A DNA stretch of 64,000 nucleotides from Paraspadella gotoi. Lineage: Eukaryota; Animalia; Chaetognatha. Positions 23,467 to 35,900 of this stretch are shown here, in pieces; positions within the stretch are counted from its first letter, which is position 1; each line of letters opens with the position of its first letter. A program made the translations under genes and the position numbers. Location of the stretch: contig CM119269.1 in assembly GCA_051294375.1 (NCBI GenBank), positions 12,494,790-12,558,789 of the forward strand, given 5' to 3'. The notes under the pieces are model-generated. The model was not told where the DNA came from. It made no database searches and worked only from the letters and a program-made list of their open reading frames with translations.

Positions 23467-26400
23467 GTGTTTGGGGCTTTTTTTCATCTGTGCCGTTTCG
23501 GCGCCTACTCTCTGGAGAATTGATTGATCTGTACTCGTCATTGTTCTGCTGGTGCGACAATAGCAGACGCCATCTCTCTAGGTTATCTTCCTCGCTTTCC
23601 TCCATCTCTCCTTGCTTCCTCCGCATCTCTTGCCTTCTTTCCTCCATATCTTTCTCGCTTTCCTCCCATATCTTTCTGCCCTTTCTCCATCTCTTCCTCC
23701 TTTCTCGCTGCCCATATATCTTTCTCGCCTTTCCTCCCATATCTTTCTCCTTTCCTCGCCATCTCTCCTCCTTTCCTCCATCATCTTCCCCTTTCCTCCA
23801 TCATACTTTCTCATTTCGCTCCCATCTCTTTCTCATTTCCTCCGATCTCTTTCTTCCTTTCCTCCGGGCATCTCTTTCTCTTTTTCTTCCATATTTTCCT
23901 ACCTTTCCTCCCATATCTTCCTCCTTTCCTCCCATACTCTTCCTTCCTTTCCTCCCTATTCTTCTCCTTTCCTCCCTAGTCTTCCTCCTTTCGCTCCGCC
24001 TATCTTTCTCCTTTCCTCCCATAGCTGCCCTCCTTTCTGCCATAGCTTGCCTCCTTTCGCTCCCATAATTCTTCCTGCCTTCCTCCCATATCTTCCTCCT
24101 TTCTTCCGCAATATCTTTCCTCCCTTTCCTCCGCATCTCTTCCATCTCTCCTCCCATATTTTCCTCCTTTCCTCCCATATCTTTCTCCTTTCCTTCCATA
24201 TCTTCCTTTTTTCGTCCCATCTCTTCCTCCTTTTTTTTAATCTCTTCCTCCTTTCTTCCTATCTCTTCCTCTTTTCTTCCCGTCTCTTCATCCTCTCCTC
24301 CCATCTCTTCCTCCGCCATCCCTTCCCTCTCCCCCTCTTCTCCCCCCTCTCCTCCTCCTCCTTTAATCGTCCACGGATCCAAGACGACGAAGAAGAATAA
24401 AAAAGCGACGATGGTGAGAATCGAGTCGACGAAGCAGACGACACCGAAGAAGGTATGGACGCTGGCGAAGAGATCGAAGTCGGTGCGGACTTGGATTGTC
24501 TCGGACACGGGCGTCAAGTCCTTCAACTCGCCGATCTTGCGGAGCTCGATGCTGCCGTCATACTGGGAGGAAAGAATTAACCTTTGTAGACAAAACGGCT
24601 GATGACGATGTTTACATGGATGGGTACGATTTAATATAAAGTACCGTAATATAATAAAATTTTAGGAATTATACATTCAGTGTTTAGGATCTTCCCGATC
24701 GGTGATTTTTTTTCTGCTTCTTATGAGCACCTAACCTATTTAATCGATATTGACTTACATATTTTCTGAGAGCAGCGTCCCATATGGCGTTAGCCTCGTA
24801 GTAAACCCGATTCCCGCTCTTGAAGAAAGAGACTCGATGACCGGGTAAAACCTGACAACCTTGTGTCGCCGAAAAGTAGACGGCCACGCCCACGTAGAGA
24901 ATCAGAGTGGAGAAAGGGGCGAGGAATGTCCAGCATCGAACGAGAATAGTTCTGAGTTTTGTTTTCTGGGGTTTGATAATTAATGTTCAGTTGATTAATT
25001 CATGAATATTAGAGCGCAGTGAAAGTGAAAGTGAACAACATACCATCAGTGAACATTAATTTGTAAAAAAAATAATTTTATGTTTTTTAATTTTCGCAGT
25101 AGGCTATATTTATATATAGTACTATCCTTATAAAATCAAAAAATTTCCAAATAAGCTTTTCTTAATTTTGATTGCAGATTTGAATTCCTTGTCAAAAGTT
25201 GATAAAAGAAAATATGAATCATTTTTTAAAAAATTATTTCATTAAGTGGGTTAAAAATTAAAAAAATTATATTTAATATATAAAAAATTAATTTTCAGTT
25301 TAAATTTTTTTTTTTTTTAAATTTTTGACCCACTTAACGAAGGAATTTTTCAAAAAGAGTTATATTTCTTTTTATCAACTTTTTATGACGAATCCAAATC
25401 TGCAAAAAAATCTCAGAAAAAACTGTTTTGAAATTTTAAAATTTATTGGATTAGTACTAGTACAAATATGGCCTTCTGCGTAAATTGTAAATTGTTTTTT
25501 AAATTGTTTTATTACATAAATGTTCATTAGTATAATGTTGTTCGTTCCTCACTTTTAGAATTTTAATTAAAGTTAAATTTAGAAAGTTTACTACGCCTTA
25601 ATAAATATATGCTATCTTGCTATCATAAGGTTAATTGGGTTAATTTAATGTTTAGTTGTCGGTCACTTCATAAAATTCTTTTTAATATATTTTATTCGAG
25701 AATAGTATAGTTAAATTTGCTATACTTGCTGTACTTTACTAATTAATTAATACATATTCAATTAGTGTGGTTTGATTAATATTGGTTTGGTATTGCTTTC
25801 ATCTTCACTGAAGATTCTTCAGTCAATTAATGTTTAGTCAGGGTTTAATTAAAGTTTTAATTGTAGTAATTAAATCATTAATTTCACTTTCACCTGTCGC
25901 CCAACGACGGGAAAGATAACCTTGAGCAGCGAGAGCCACGCGGCGCCGGTCAAGGACTTGACGACGACGCTGCCCGACGACGACGCAGCAGTCAGACCTA
26001 AAAAGATGGCGACGAAAGCAGAAGAGAAAAACGTCCAGGCGACGAAGGGAACAAAGAAGACGTAAAAGAGACGCTTCTTCCACGGCGCGGAAAACGAGGC
26101 CAACGTCGTCTGGAATCGGTAGGCGTTGACGCGATGTACGATGACGAACGCTAGTTGGAAGACGGTGGTGCCGAGGAGAAACAGCGGCAGCACGACCGTA
26201 GCGCGGAGCAGCGAAACGTGATCGCCGCAGTCGACGATGTCGCATTCGGAGGAGGAAGGGATGCGGCTGCTGTAGTAGCGAGACCAACAGTTGTAAGGTC
26301 CGATCGCTTGCCAGTTCTCGCAGGTGTTGACCATTTGTTGAGCCTTATTTTTTTTACATTAGCTAATATTAGTGGGGAATCAAAAGAAAGTTTGATAAAA

Positions 26401-27660
26401 TTTTAAATTCACCGACTGGACTTTTCACTAAAAAAAAGTTTGAACAGCAAGCCATTCCCAAGATAGGCCTTAATTGCTTCTTTTAAGACTGGAACCGTAC
26501 GAAAATTTTTTTAAAATCAGACAATCAGACAAAAAATCGGTCTTTATTACGATAATTAATAAAATACTGGAATCCTAGAGAAATCATGTGTTATTTAAGA
26601 CTTGAAGTAATGCGAATTGGGGAATTAAAGCGAGGGATGGTTATCGGTTAGTTATGGGCAGGAGGGCCGGATTCCTGGTCGTTAAAAACGCAATTTCTCC
26701 CATTATTATTATTATAAATAAAGTATTAATTTTTGAAGAACCAACCGTTCCGTCCTCGTCTATTTCTTGGACGACACGATGCATCCAGCCTTTCCCTTCC
26801 TCCGTTGACGGAAACTCCAGCGGCACAAAGATTTTCTTTCTTCCCAACGAGATGCAGAGAATGAAGACTTGCAGCATCGTTTGCCCCATTCCCTCGAGCA
26901 GCACCTCGATCAAGCTGAGACTTCGAAGATTCTTCTCTTTTTTCCATCGACGATTTTTTGAAGTATTTTCTTCTTTTTCGTGTTCGATTAACTCACTGTC
27001 GGCCTCATCTATAATTTCCTTACCTTCATTCGAATCACAAGATTTTCCTTCTTTACTTTTAGCTTTGATTTCTTTACCATCGCTTTCATCCTTACCTTTC
27101 ACTTCCTCACTTTCCTTACCTCCCATTTTTATTTTCACATCTTCGACATTATTTTCACATTTACCATCCAGACTTCCGTCTGTGTCTTTTATTTCGATTT
27201 CCTTACCCTCATCTGTCACCACAGACTTGGTTTCCTTACTTTCGTCTTCATCTCCGATTACCTTACCCTGGCCTTCCTCCCCAACCGTCTCCCTTTCCCT
27301 TTTCCAATCCTCGTATTTCTCAGAAATATCATCCAGCATCAAAAATGGCGGCCCCATATTGACTAAGAAAGCGACGAATCCCAAGATCCTTTTCCTTTTA
27401 TCTCGGACGACCCTTCCGTACAAAGGTCCGTCCCGCCGCAGGATCCAAAATCCCAAGGCACAGGAGAGCGAGAGACTGAGCAGAATGAGCAAGAAGGTCA
27501 CCAACGCCCAGAACTTGTGACCGTTTCGAAAGTAGACGATGACGCCGATCCAATCCGATCCGACGTCAACCAAATAAGCGACGAGGCCGATGAGAGGAAC
27601 CACAACGGACGTCAAAAAGTTGATCCAAGATTTGTTTCGATTAGTTTGGAGCGGTTCCAT
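19744..27660 (-). CDS. XK-related (Xkr/CED-8 scramblase family) membrane protein; exons 27660-26746, 26343-25894, 24965-24759, 24562-~23600, probable tail 19966-19744
   Basis: YLVDVGSDW...WALVTFLLILL and LIEVLLEGMGQTMLQVFIL motifs, multiple TM segments, and an EEMGGKE-repeat tail interrupted by the fold-back. Confidence 0.8.
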
Positions 27661-27858
27661 CGGGACGGGCTTTCTGCGTGTGGGAAAATTGCAGATTTAT
27701 TTTTGAAAAACTTTTAACAGAATTATAATAATTAATATGGTCCAAGTATGTAATCGTCACAATTTTATTTTGTGTGGCGGAGTCGCTTTCGCCGCCACGA
27801 GGTTGACCCCAGTTAACTACTTTGTTAAATGGTCGCGAGAAAAGCAGGTAACTGACCA

Positions 27859-27891
<33 letters not shown>

Positions 27892-27895
<4 letters not shown>

Positions 27896-30800
27896 CTCCT
27901 GCGTCTCTTCAATCTCTCTCTCTCTCTCTCTCTCTCTCCCTCTACTCGCCTGATGGTCTTCTTCTTCCTGGCCCAAAAAAAACCAAAGGCCACGGCCGCG
28001 ACCATAATGCCCACGCTGGCCGCAACGAGCCAAACTTGCTCGGGCGAAAAGGCGCAGACCAGAAAGAGAAAGGTTTTCCTCCTGCGCGCCCCAACGCAGT
28101 CGACGGAGAGAAACTTGGATTTAGCGGCGTCGATTGTCAAAAGGACCCCGGGAAGGGGTTTTCCATCGACGGTGCAATTGTAGGTTGGCGTAGCGCCATG
28201 TGAAGAGGACGCCGGAAAGAGTTGGATGCGCTCGCCGGCGAATTTTCGCTTGTACTGAACGCAGTCGACGAACCCGCGGAGGCTCACTTCTTCCAATTCC
28301 TCGTCGAGGGCGCATTCCAATCGCGGCGTCCCCTGCGGAAAGAATCCCTTGACGCAGCAAGTGGTGAAGGCGTCGACGACGTCGCCGACCGTCACGTCGA
28401 GATGGAGGCACGCCAGATGAATTCCTTCGGGAGACTCGAAGTTGACACCGAGTTTGGGTTCACAACAACGCGACCGACTGCAATGGGCTGCAAAAAGAAC
28501 GGGAGTCACAGTCATGATTTGACTTCCACTTAAAAATCTGGAATCTAACCGCTTATTTTACATATTGAGACAGAAGAAATATTGTATAAATTATTACAAA
28601 TATTGAAATGGAATATTTGTGAATTTTTTATTTTGCCCTTAATAAAATCACCTCTTTTTCCCCTCACGATCGAGTCTCTTATTTCATTCGATCCGAATCT
28701 CTCTTCGAATTCCTTCGCCTTCCATCTCGACTCTTTGGCCTTTTTAACGCTGGCGCCAGCAGCGACCATCGCCTCGACGATGGCGCCATGCCCAAGACGG
28801 ACAGCCGCGCTTAGAGGTGTCTCCCCTCGCTCGTCCATCGCATCAAGTTCTGCTTCTGCAGCGATAAACTTTTCAACGATTTTAAATCGGTCCAGCTCAA
28901 CTGCGCGAGTAAGGCTGAGGCAAGCAAACTCGCCGCGCAACGCCACTCTCTCTAGATTGGCGTCAATGCGGCAAACGAGAATGGGCGCGCCGTCATTGAA
29001 ATGACCTTCAGCGCAGCAAGCGGCGTCAGGGTCGAGCGTTTCGTCGATAGTCAGACTCGTCGAGTTGACGTCCAGACATTCGGATCGAATTCCTTCTGTC
29101 GAGTTGAAATTTTCTCCGAGTCGCGGCGAGCAACAATGCGAAACAAGGCAGTTGTCTGAAAAAGAAAAAAAGTTTAAATTAATTTGATTATAACTTTATT
29201 AGTTGGTAATATACTGAAGAAAAGGCCTTGTGAGTGTTATTAAATCTTCAAACATACAGTAATATTTCTAAATATAATTTACCACTAAGTATTTATGTGG
29301 ATAAGGCGGTAAGTGGGCTGAAGATGACTATCCGTAACTTCTTTAACCCCTCCAGCAGCCATGGAACGGGTCCTGGGCTTGGAACCAGGCTTGAGGGTTT
29401 ATCACGCCCCCTCACGCTTCCCGCAAGGTAAGTACTGGGATTGAACCCGGTACCTTATGGTCATGAGCAGATGGCTTTACTCAATGAGCCACCGGGTCAC
29501 GACTGAAAGTTTTATGCTTATAGGCGGGGTGAACTTATGCAACGCCCGACTACATTTACTAATACTAATATTAGTAAATAAGGCTGGCAGAATTCTTTCA
29601 TGCCCTATCGCTTACCCTTAATTCCTCTCAACAACGCCGTCCGCATCTCCTCCTTCCCCAGCATCTCTTCAAACGCATCTTCCTCCAGCGTCGAGGCTCG
29701 AGCATTGGCGACTTTGGCGCCGCCACGCGTCAACAATTCAGCCATCTTGGTGGCGCCTGAATTTATCGCCAATCTAAGCGCCGTCTCGTTATCTGCGTTT
29801 TTGGCGTCGATGAGAACGGCCCCGGATTGGGACAAAAGTCCCCGGACGGCGTCGACGGCGCCGACCTTCGCCGCGGCATGAAGCGGCGTCCACCCGCGCT
29901 GGTCGACAGCATTGACCTCGGCGCCTCCGTCCAACAGCGTCGCCACGACTTGGGCCCGATCGAAGCTCGACGCCCAATGGAGACTCGTGGCGCCGGTTTT
30001 CGTCCGCGCGTCGACGTCGACGCCGGAATTAGCGAGGAGACGACGAACTGCGTCCGCGGCGCCGATGAGAGACGCCTGGTGGAGCGGCGTCCTTCCATAG
30101 CGATTGGCGGCGTTGACGTCGACTCCGTAGATGAGAAAAGCGTCAACGAGAATTTCTGAGCGAAAGAAGAGATGTGATTTAGTACCCGTTCCACTGCTGG
30201 CGTATAAAATATAGTCTTAATCACTCATACCCCCTTCCTGTGTTTATATAACAATAATAATGTCCAAAATACTTTTATACGTAAACTTTCAAAAAAATTT
30301 ATAACCAGGATTTGAGATTCATATTTAAATCCCAATTTTCAATCTAGACAATTTCGTTTTTTCCTCTCATCAAAACAATTTTCAACTTTCAACGCTTAAC
30401 TAATTTTTGCGAATTAATCCCAATTTTCAATTGACAATTCCCTTTTTATTCTCATCAACACGACACCTCGATTCTTCCACGCGGCGAGATGAAGACTCGT
30501 TTCTCCGTCGACGTCGACTTCGTTGGCGTCGAAACCAAAATCCGTCGTCAACCAACGAGCGACGTTGACGGCGCCCCACCAGGAGGCTTCGTGGAGCGGC
30601 GTCCATCCGGCGTCATCTTTGGCGCCGGGTTGGGCACCGCGTTGGAGGAGATAGTCGACGGCGTCGAGCCTGTCCCTAGATGCGGCGTGATGGAGACAAG
30701 TCTTGGCGGCGCCGTCTTTGACCGACACCAGCGCCGCCGCACCAAATATCGACGTCAAATTTCGAAGGTCGGAAACGTCACCGTTTGAGCAAATGGACTC

Positions 30801-32322
30801 CAGGTTGTTGTCGGACCAATCGAGATTCTGGGCCGTGATTTAAAAGAGCTGTGGTCATTGTGCATTGCACATTGCACAATGTGCATTGTGCAATGTGCAT
30901 CGAAGATCTTTTGTTGTTGTTTTTCTGCCATTGTTCGTAACTTTTTGCTACTGTTGAATGCGTAGTTTTTCACTGTTGTTCTCGATTATTGTTCTTTGTT
31001 GTCATTTATTGGTAATATCGTTATCACTTATCTCATGTTGTTATTGTGAATTGTTTTTGTTTACTGTTTCAGATTGCTCTAGTAGTCCAGTGTCCTATCT
31101 TGTAGTTCACAGTTTTTGTTTTGTTATTGTTATTATCGCTATCCACCAATGTTGTTTTACAGTTGTTTCCTGTTCTTGGAGTTAGACTTACCTGACTTCT
31201 TACGAAGGAAAAAGCGGGAAAAAAGTAGATGAAAACGACGATTCGCTTTAATTTAAAGAAAAAATTTGAAAGAAAAATTTTTTCAAACAAGTTTGAGCAA
31301 ACAATGTCGGATCTGCCCACGATCATTATCGGTAATTAATTAATTAATAATTAATAATAATTATATAATTAATAAATTAATTAGGCAAATAATTAATTAA
31401 TTTGATCCCAAATGTTTGTTTTTAGGTCTTTTCGTCACTAACCACGACAAAAGCAATGACGACGATGAGAATAATGCCGATAACGATTGACTTAATTGAT
31501 TGACTGATTATTTAATTACTGATTAATTAATTTACTAATTGATTAATTAACTGATTAATTATTTGATTAATTAATACATCTTGCATTTACATTTGATATA
31601 AAAAGAAAAAGAAGCATAATCAATTAGTGAAACAGGTTTTTTATTTTTTTCCATTTAAACTCATTTCCACTCGGACGATTCCGTCAAAACTTCATATCCA
31701 GCTCAATCACACTTCCCTACCCACACACAAAATTTCCTTCCAATCCATCCATCCAATCACGAGTAATTGGTGTTTTTTGCTAAGGTGGGACGGACGGACA
31801 GACGGACGGACGGACACACAGACGGACATCTTTCTTTTTTTGCATAATTTATCATAATTCGATGTTCTGACATGATATAAGTGAGTGCCCGACAAGATTG
31901 AGGGGGCGGACCGATGGACCGACAAAGTGAATTATAGAGTCGGGATCTGCTGATAAGCGACTAAAAAGAACGGTGATTCCAATGTTGCACCGCAGTGACT
32001 TTATTTATTATTTTATTTAACATGACATGACATGACTAAAAAACTAGTATTTTTGACATGCACTGCATCGAAATTCCGTCTTCTATTCCTTATAGTTTTA
32101 GGATTTTCTGAAAGCGGCGCAAGCAGTCCCTTAGATTTGAGGTTTTTCCGGTCTTAACAAATGAGCAACCAACTATAGGCGAATAATATGAATTTTTAAC
32201 GTAAGTGAGACAGACCGACGAACAGACATACTGACCGAACGAGAGACCGGCCAAAAAGTGAGTTGCTAAAAAAGAGTTGCTAAAAGAAGTTAGGATGAGT
32301 TATTTGTTTACGTTTTTACCAT
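27892..32322 (-). CDS. Predicted type I membrane protein: signal peptide, ankyrin repeats, sushi-like domain, ankyrin repeats, sushi-like domain, TM; exons 32322-32320, 31245-31192, 30827-30467, 30155-29616, 29155-28652, 28487-~27950/27892
   Basis: Phase-consistent exon chain with MRIVVFIYFFPAFSFVRS-QNLDW, GWTPLHEAS/GRTPLHQAS/GWTPLHAAA/GETPLSAAV repeats, two 8-Cys domains and VWLVAASVGIMVAAVAFGFFWARKKK. Confidence 0.8.
29295..29552 (-). mobile_element. SINE family B, copy 2 (uninterrupted)
   Basis: Colinear with 5968-6340 apart from the 84-bp insert and small indels. Confidence 0.8.
31287..31945. mobile_element. Non-autonomous repeat with GACG/CATC microsatellites; inverted copy 41178-41948, fragment ~33780-33845
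   Basis: aacaagtttgagcaaacaatgtcggatctgcccacgatcattatcgg end and near-identical body in both copies. Confidence 0.8.
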
Positions 32323-32466
32323 TTTATCCCAGATGGTGGAGAAGAAAGATTCTCGAGTTTTATTTCTTGTTTCTTTTTTAAATTGAATTAACTCAGTTGA
32401 CATCGAGAGAACTGACGAGTCTGAAGAAGCATTAATTAGGCTACAGTATACAGTATCGATCAGGTC

Positions 32467-32469
<3 letters not shown>

Positions 32470-32546
<77 letters not shown>
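32470..32546. repeat. (GA)n microsatellite
   Basis: Pure dinucleotide run. Confidence 0.98.
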
Positions 32547-32549
<3 letters not shown>

Positions 32550-32951
32550 TGTGCCCGCATCGGTTTCTTTAAAGTTGGAAGGCACTTCTAAAAATCGTCT
32601 GTCTGATTTAATTAAATACATCATACCCTACTCTAATACACAGTCGCCTAAAACTATTTCGCAAAAAAATGAGACTTTTGATGACATTTTATTGACTCTA
32701 TTTGAATTGACTGCGAAACAGTCCAGTTTTAGATTATCTTCAAATCGAGAATATTTTCAAAGTCATATCACTAATTCTTGTGAGGGCGAGAAGCATGACG
32801 CAACACAGCACGTTCGTTAGAATTGGCGTGGGGTTTGAAAAGCAATGCAGCTGTTGCAAATCCGCAGATACTGATGCTGCAATACCGCAACTTCATTAGA
32901 GTCTTCGTGGAGCATAATAAGACTCGCAGATGCTGCAATTCCCCACATTCA

Positions 32952-35900
32952 TTAGAGTCTTCGTGGAGCATGATAAGACTCGCAGCTGCTGCAATGCCGC
33001 AACTCCATTCCTTCGTCAGTCTCGAAGATTTCCTCGGAGGCGAAACGAATTTTGTGTTGTTTTTCTTCTTGATCGACGAGTTCCTAAAATCGATGGAACA
33101 CAGATTATTGTATAAATTAATCTAATAGATAATAATCAGTAATAATCAATAATTCTGACGACAAATAATCAGATCGCAGTTTCAGGTTATCAGCTCAATG
33201 CGCCTCCAATGACCATCACGGGTCAAGTAACAATAAATAACAACTAAACTATCCCCGAATACTGACCATGAGATCATCCCCTTGCACACTGTTCAGTATT
33301 TCCAATCTTTCCCGGATAACGTTTCTTAATTTAGAATCGAAATCGGAACTAGCAATTCTAGAAAAAGGAAGAAAGCGTAAAAAATGACAAATTCCAAAAT
33401 TACTTGTTTTGGCAGTGATTTCTATACGGGTATTTTCAACAATGAAATTGAAACTTATATAACTATTATTTCTTTTTTCCCACTGATTAATATAACACAC
33501 GCTTTATTTAAAAAAACGTTTGGCTATAGTTATCTTCTCCTTATAACATAGAACTCACTGGGAGAATTTCTATGCTTTCAAAATACGGTAAGACATAATT
33601 TCTTTTACGTTAATCATTCTATTTATGGTATCTGCCCTTATTAAGATGAAACTAAAACGATTTTTTATGGTAAGGGCAACTTTTAAAGATTAAATTGCTC
33701 GTCAGATCTATTGTGTTTTTTAGATATTAGGCAAAAAAACAGCACGCTATATTTTAAAACTTTTTAGTCAGATCTGCATATCAGCAGATTCCGACTCTAT
33801 AATTCTCTTTGTCGGTCCGTCGGTCCCACCCCAAAATATTGTCGGTGAATCAGAGAGCGAGCTTACTTTATTTAGCGTGAAATAAGAAAAATCCTCGGTT
33901 CAATCATGCGATCAATAATTTGATTCTTCACTTAATATTACTGTCATCCAGAAAAGGTAAACTTTTTTGAAGCTGGAAAGATGATCGCTCGCCAAATTTA
34001 CCAACGGTAAAATCGACAGGTGGATCCTTTTTGTCCTCTCAAATGGTTGGATAAATTTTCTCTAAACACAAATTTGGGGTTCCAATTTCTTATTGAAAAA
34101 ATGGTGAGTTAGACGTCCCGTCTCACTATCATTGACACCAGTGGTGAAACCAAGGCCCCTTGGTCAGGCGGGTAGCGATAGTAAATGTGGATTGGTTTCA
34201 AAGGTACATCCATTATGTTGGGTCGTAGTGACTTTATTTTCATGTGTATTTCTCGTGACATGACTACAATAACTTTCTTAGCCTGTGTATTTATGACACG
34301 CAATGCATCCAAATTCGTTTTTTATTCTTTAGTTTTAGGATTTGCCGATGGCGGCGCGAGCAGTCCTTTAGATTTGAGGTTTTTTCTGTGTTAACAAATG
34401 AGCAAACTAACTACGTACAGGGAAATTATGTGCATTTTTAACGTAAGTGGGACAGATCGACCGAAAAGTTATAATTATATATAAATATATATTATACTAT
34501 AAGTTATAGAGGTAAAATTTTACTTTTGCTGACTCAAAAATACTTATTTTAAAAGAAAGGTGCTCCGCGAGTACTCGCGGCGCAACTAAAGATGGACGTA
34601 TTGCGGCGGCAATTTTTGGTCAAATGATTTTTCCTTGGATGGATCCGGTGACCTCTTTTATTTCAAAACCAAACGAAAGCTCGCAGTTAGATGATGTCTA
34701 CCGACGTGATAGGAACAAAATCCGACGTATCAAAAATACAAACTAAAAGATATGTTTTCCCTCGCTTTCGATCATAATTTTAAAATTGTTAGTTTTGAAA
34801 GCCAATAAGATATCTGGGTATAGCAAGTATGTTATAGTAATAGTTAAAGCATCCCTAAGAATGTCACCTTTTTAACCTAGATAAAAATGATCATTGTACT
34901 TGTTAGTATTCAGTTTGATTGTTATGTGGTCGATGTGCCCTTTTATCACAATAGATCGGATCAGACTGTAACAATGTCCTGCCTCCGCTTCTAAAGACCG
35001 TCCTAAATAGTTATTTTTGGCCTTTAGATCTCGACGAATCATTTTTCTCATAATACGAGAAATCTTCGGTAGCGTATGATTTTATTCGAAGTTTGGTTCC
35101 AAGCAGATTTAAAACAATCGACAGATATTTTGCGATTGAGAGAAATTAATTTGCTGACGCTTCCCCTTTCAATAAAAGAAGGCGGTTTTTTTTAATTCGT
35201 CAACTCTAGTATTCTTCTCATCTATTAAAACTGTAAAATAAGTCAAAAACCGAGTTTTAGTTCAAATAAAACGCCCCTCACAAATCCTCACAAATTAAAA
35301 GTTGACGTAAAAATTTTTTTGCAGCTAAGTATTAAATATTTCGCCCTAATTTTTTAGGTACCAGAAGCACCAACAATAGGGAATATTTGATTAGAATTGT
35401 GGACATTTTGAAGAATTTTCGTTTAACAAATTGTAATAAAATGTAAAATGTAGGTTTTTGACTAGTCAATTTAAAAATTAATTCATAGGCAAACAAGTAT
35501 GATGGACTAACGGCAAATGAACCAACTCAGAGGTAAAGATGATAAGAAGGACCCGAAAACCGGAGTAAAAAATTTTTCTTCAATGATCTTTGCGTTCAAA
35601 TCTCAAGCCAAAAGTCAAAATGGACAAAAATGGACATATTTTTTTTTATTAAAAGTAGCAAAAATGATATTGATTTTTGATTAGAAAATGCAGCAGATGA
35701 TTTCAATTAATCCGTAGTCTTGCCAACTTTGTCTTTGAGTTAAAATTTAATCATTTTTGTTGGTAATATTCTAACAATATTGAAAAAAGTGGTTTTTTTG
35801 CTAAATTCCTCGATAGAAATCACTGCCTTTTACAATATTAGACTAAATGATAAAAAGGATTATATAAAATTTAATATATTTTACCTAATGATAAATTTGA

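Noticed and set aside
22007-23541. Second SAXO-like gene on the minus strand
   Set aside because: Only the 3' exons are present, frameshifted, inside the probable artifact arm.
26654-27520. 288-aa plus-strand ORF (similarly 59670-60173 and 28582-29004)
   Set aside because: Antisense shadows of real minus-strand exons.
30868-30899. Perfect 15-bp-arm palindrome in an intron (similar one at ~8602-8628)
   Set aside because: Built from short simple repeats and too short for a miRNA precursor, with no other support.
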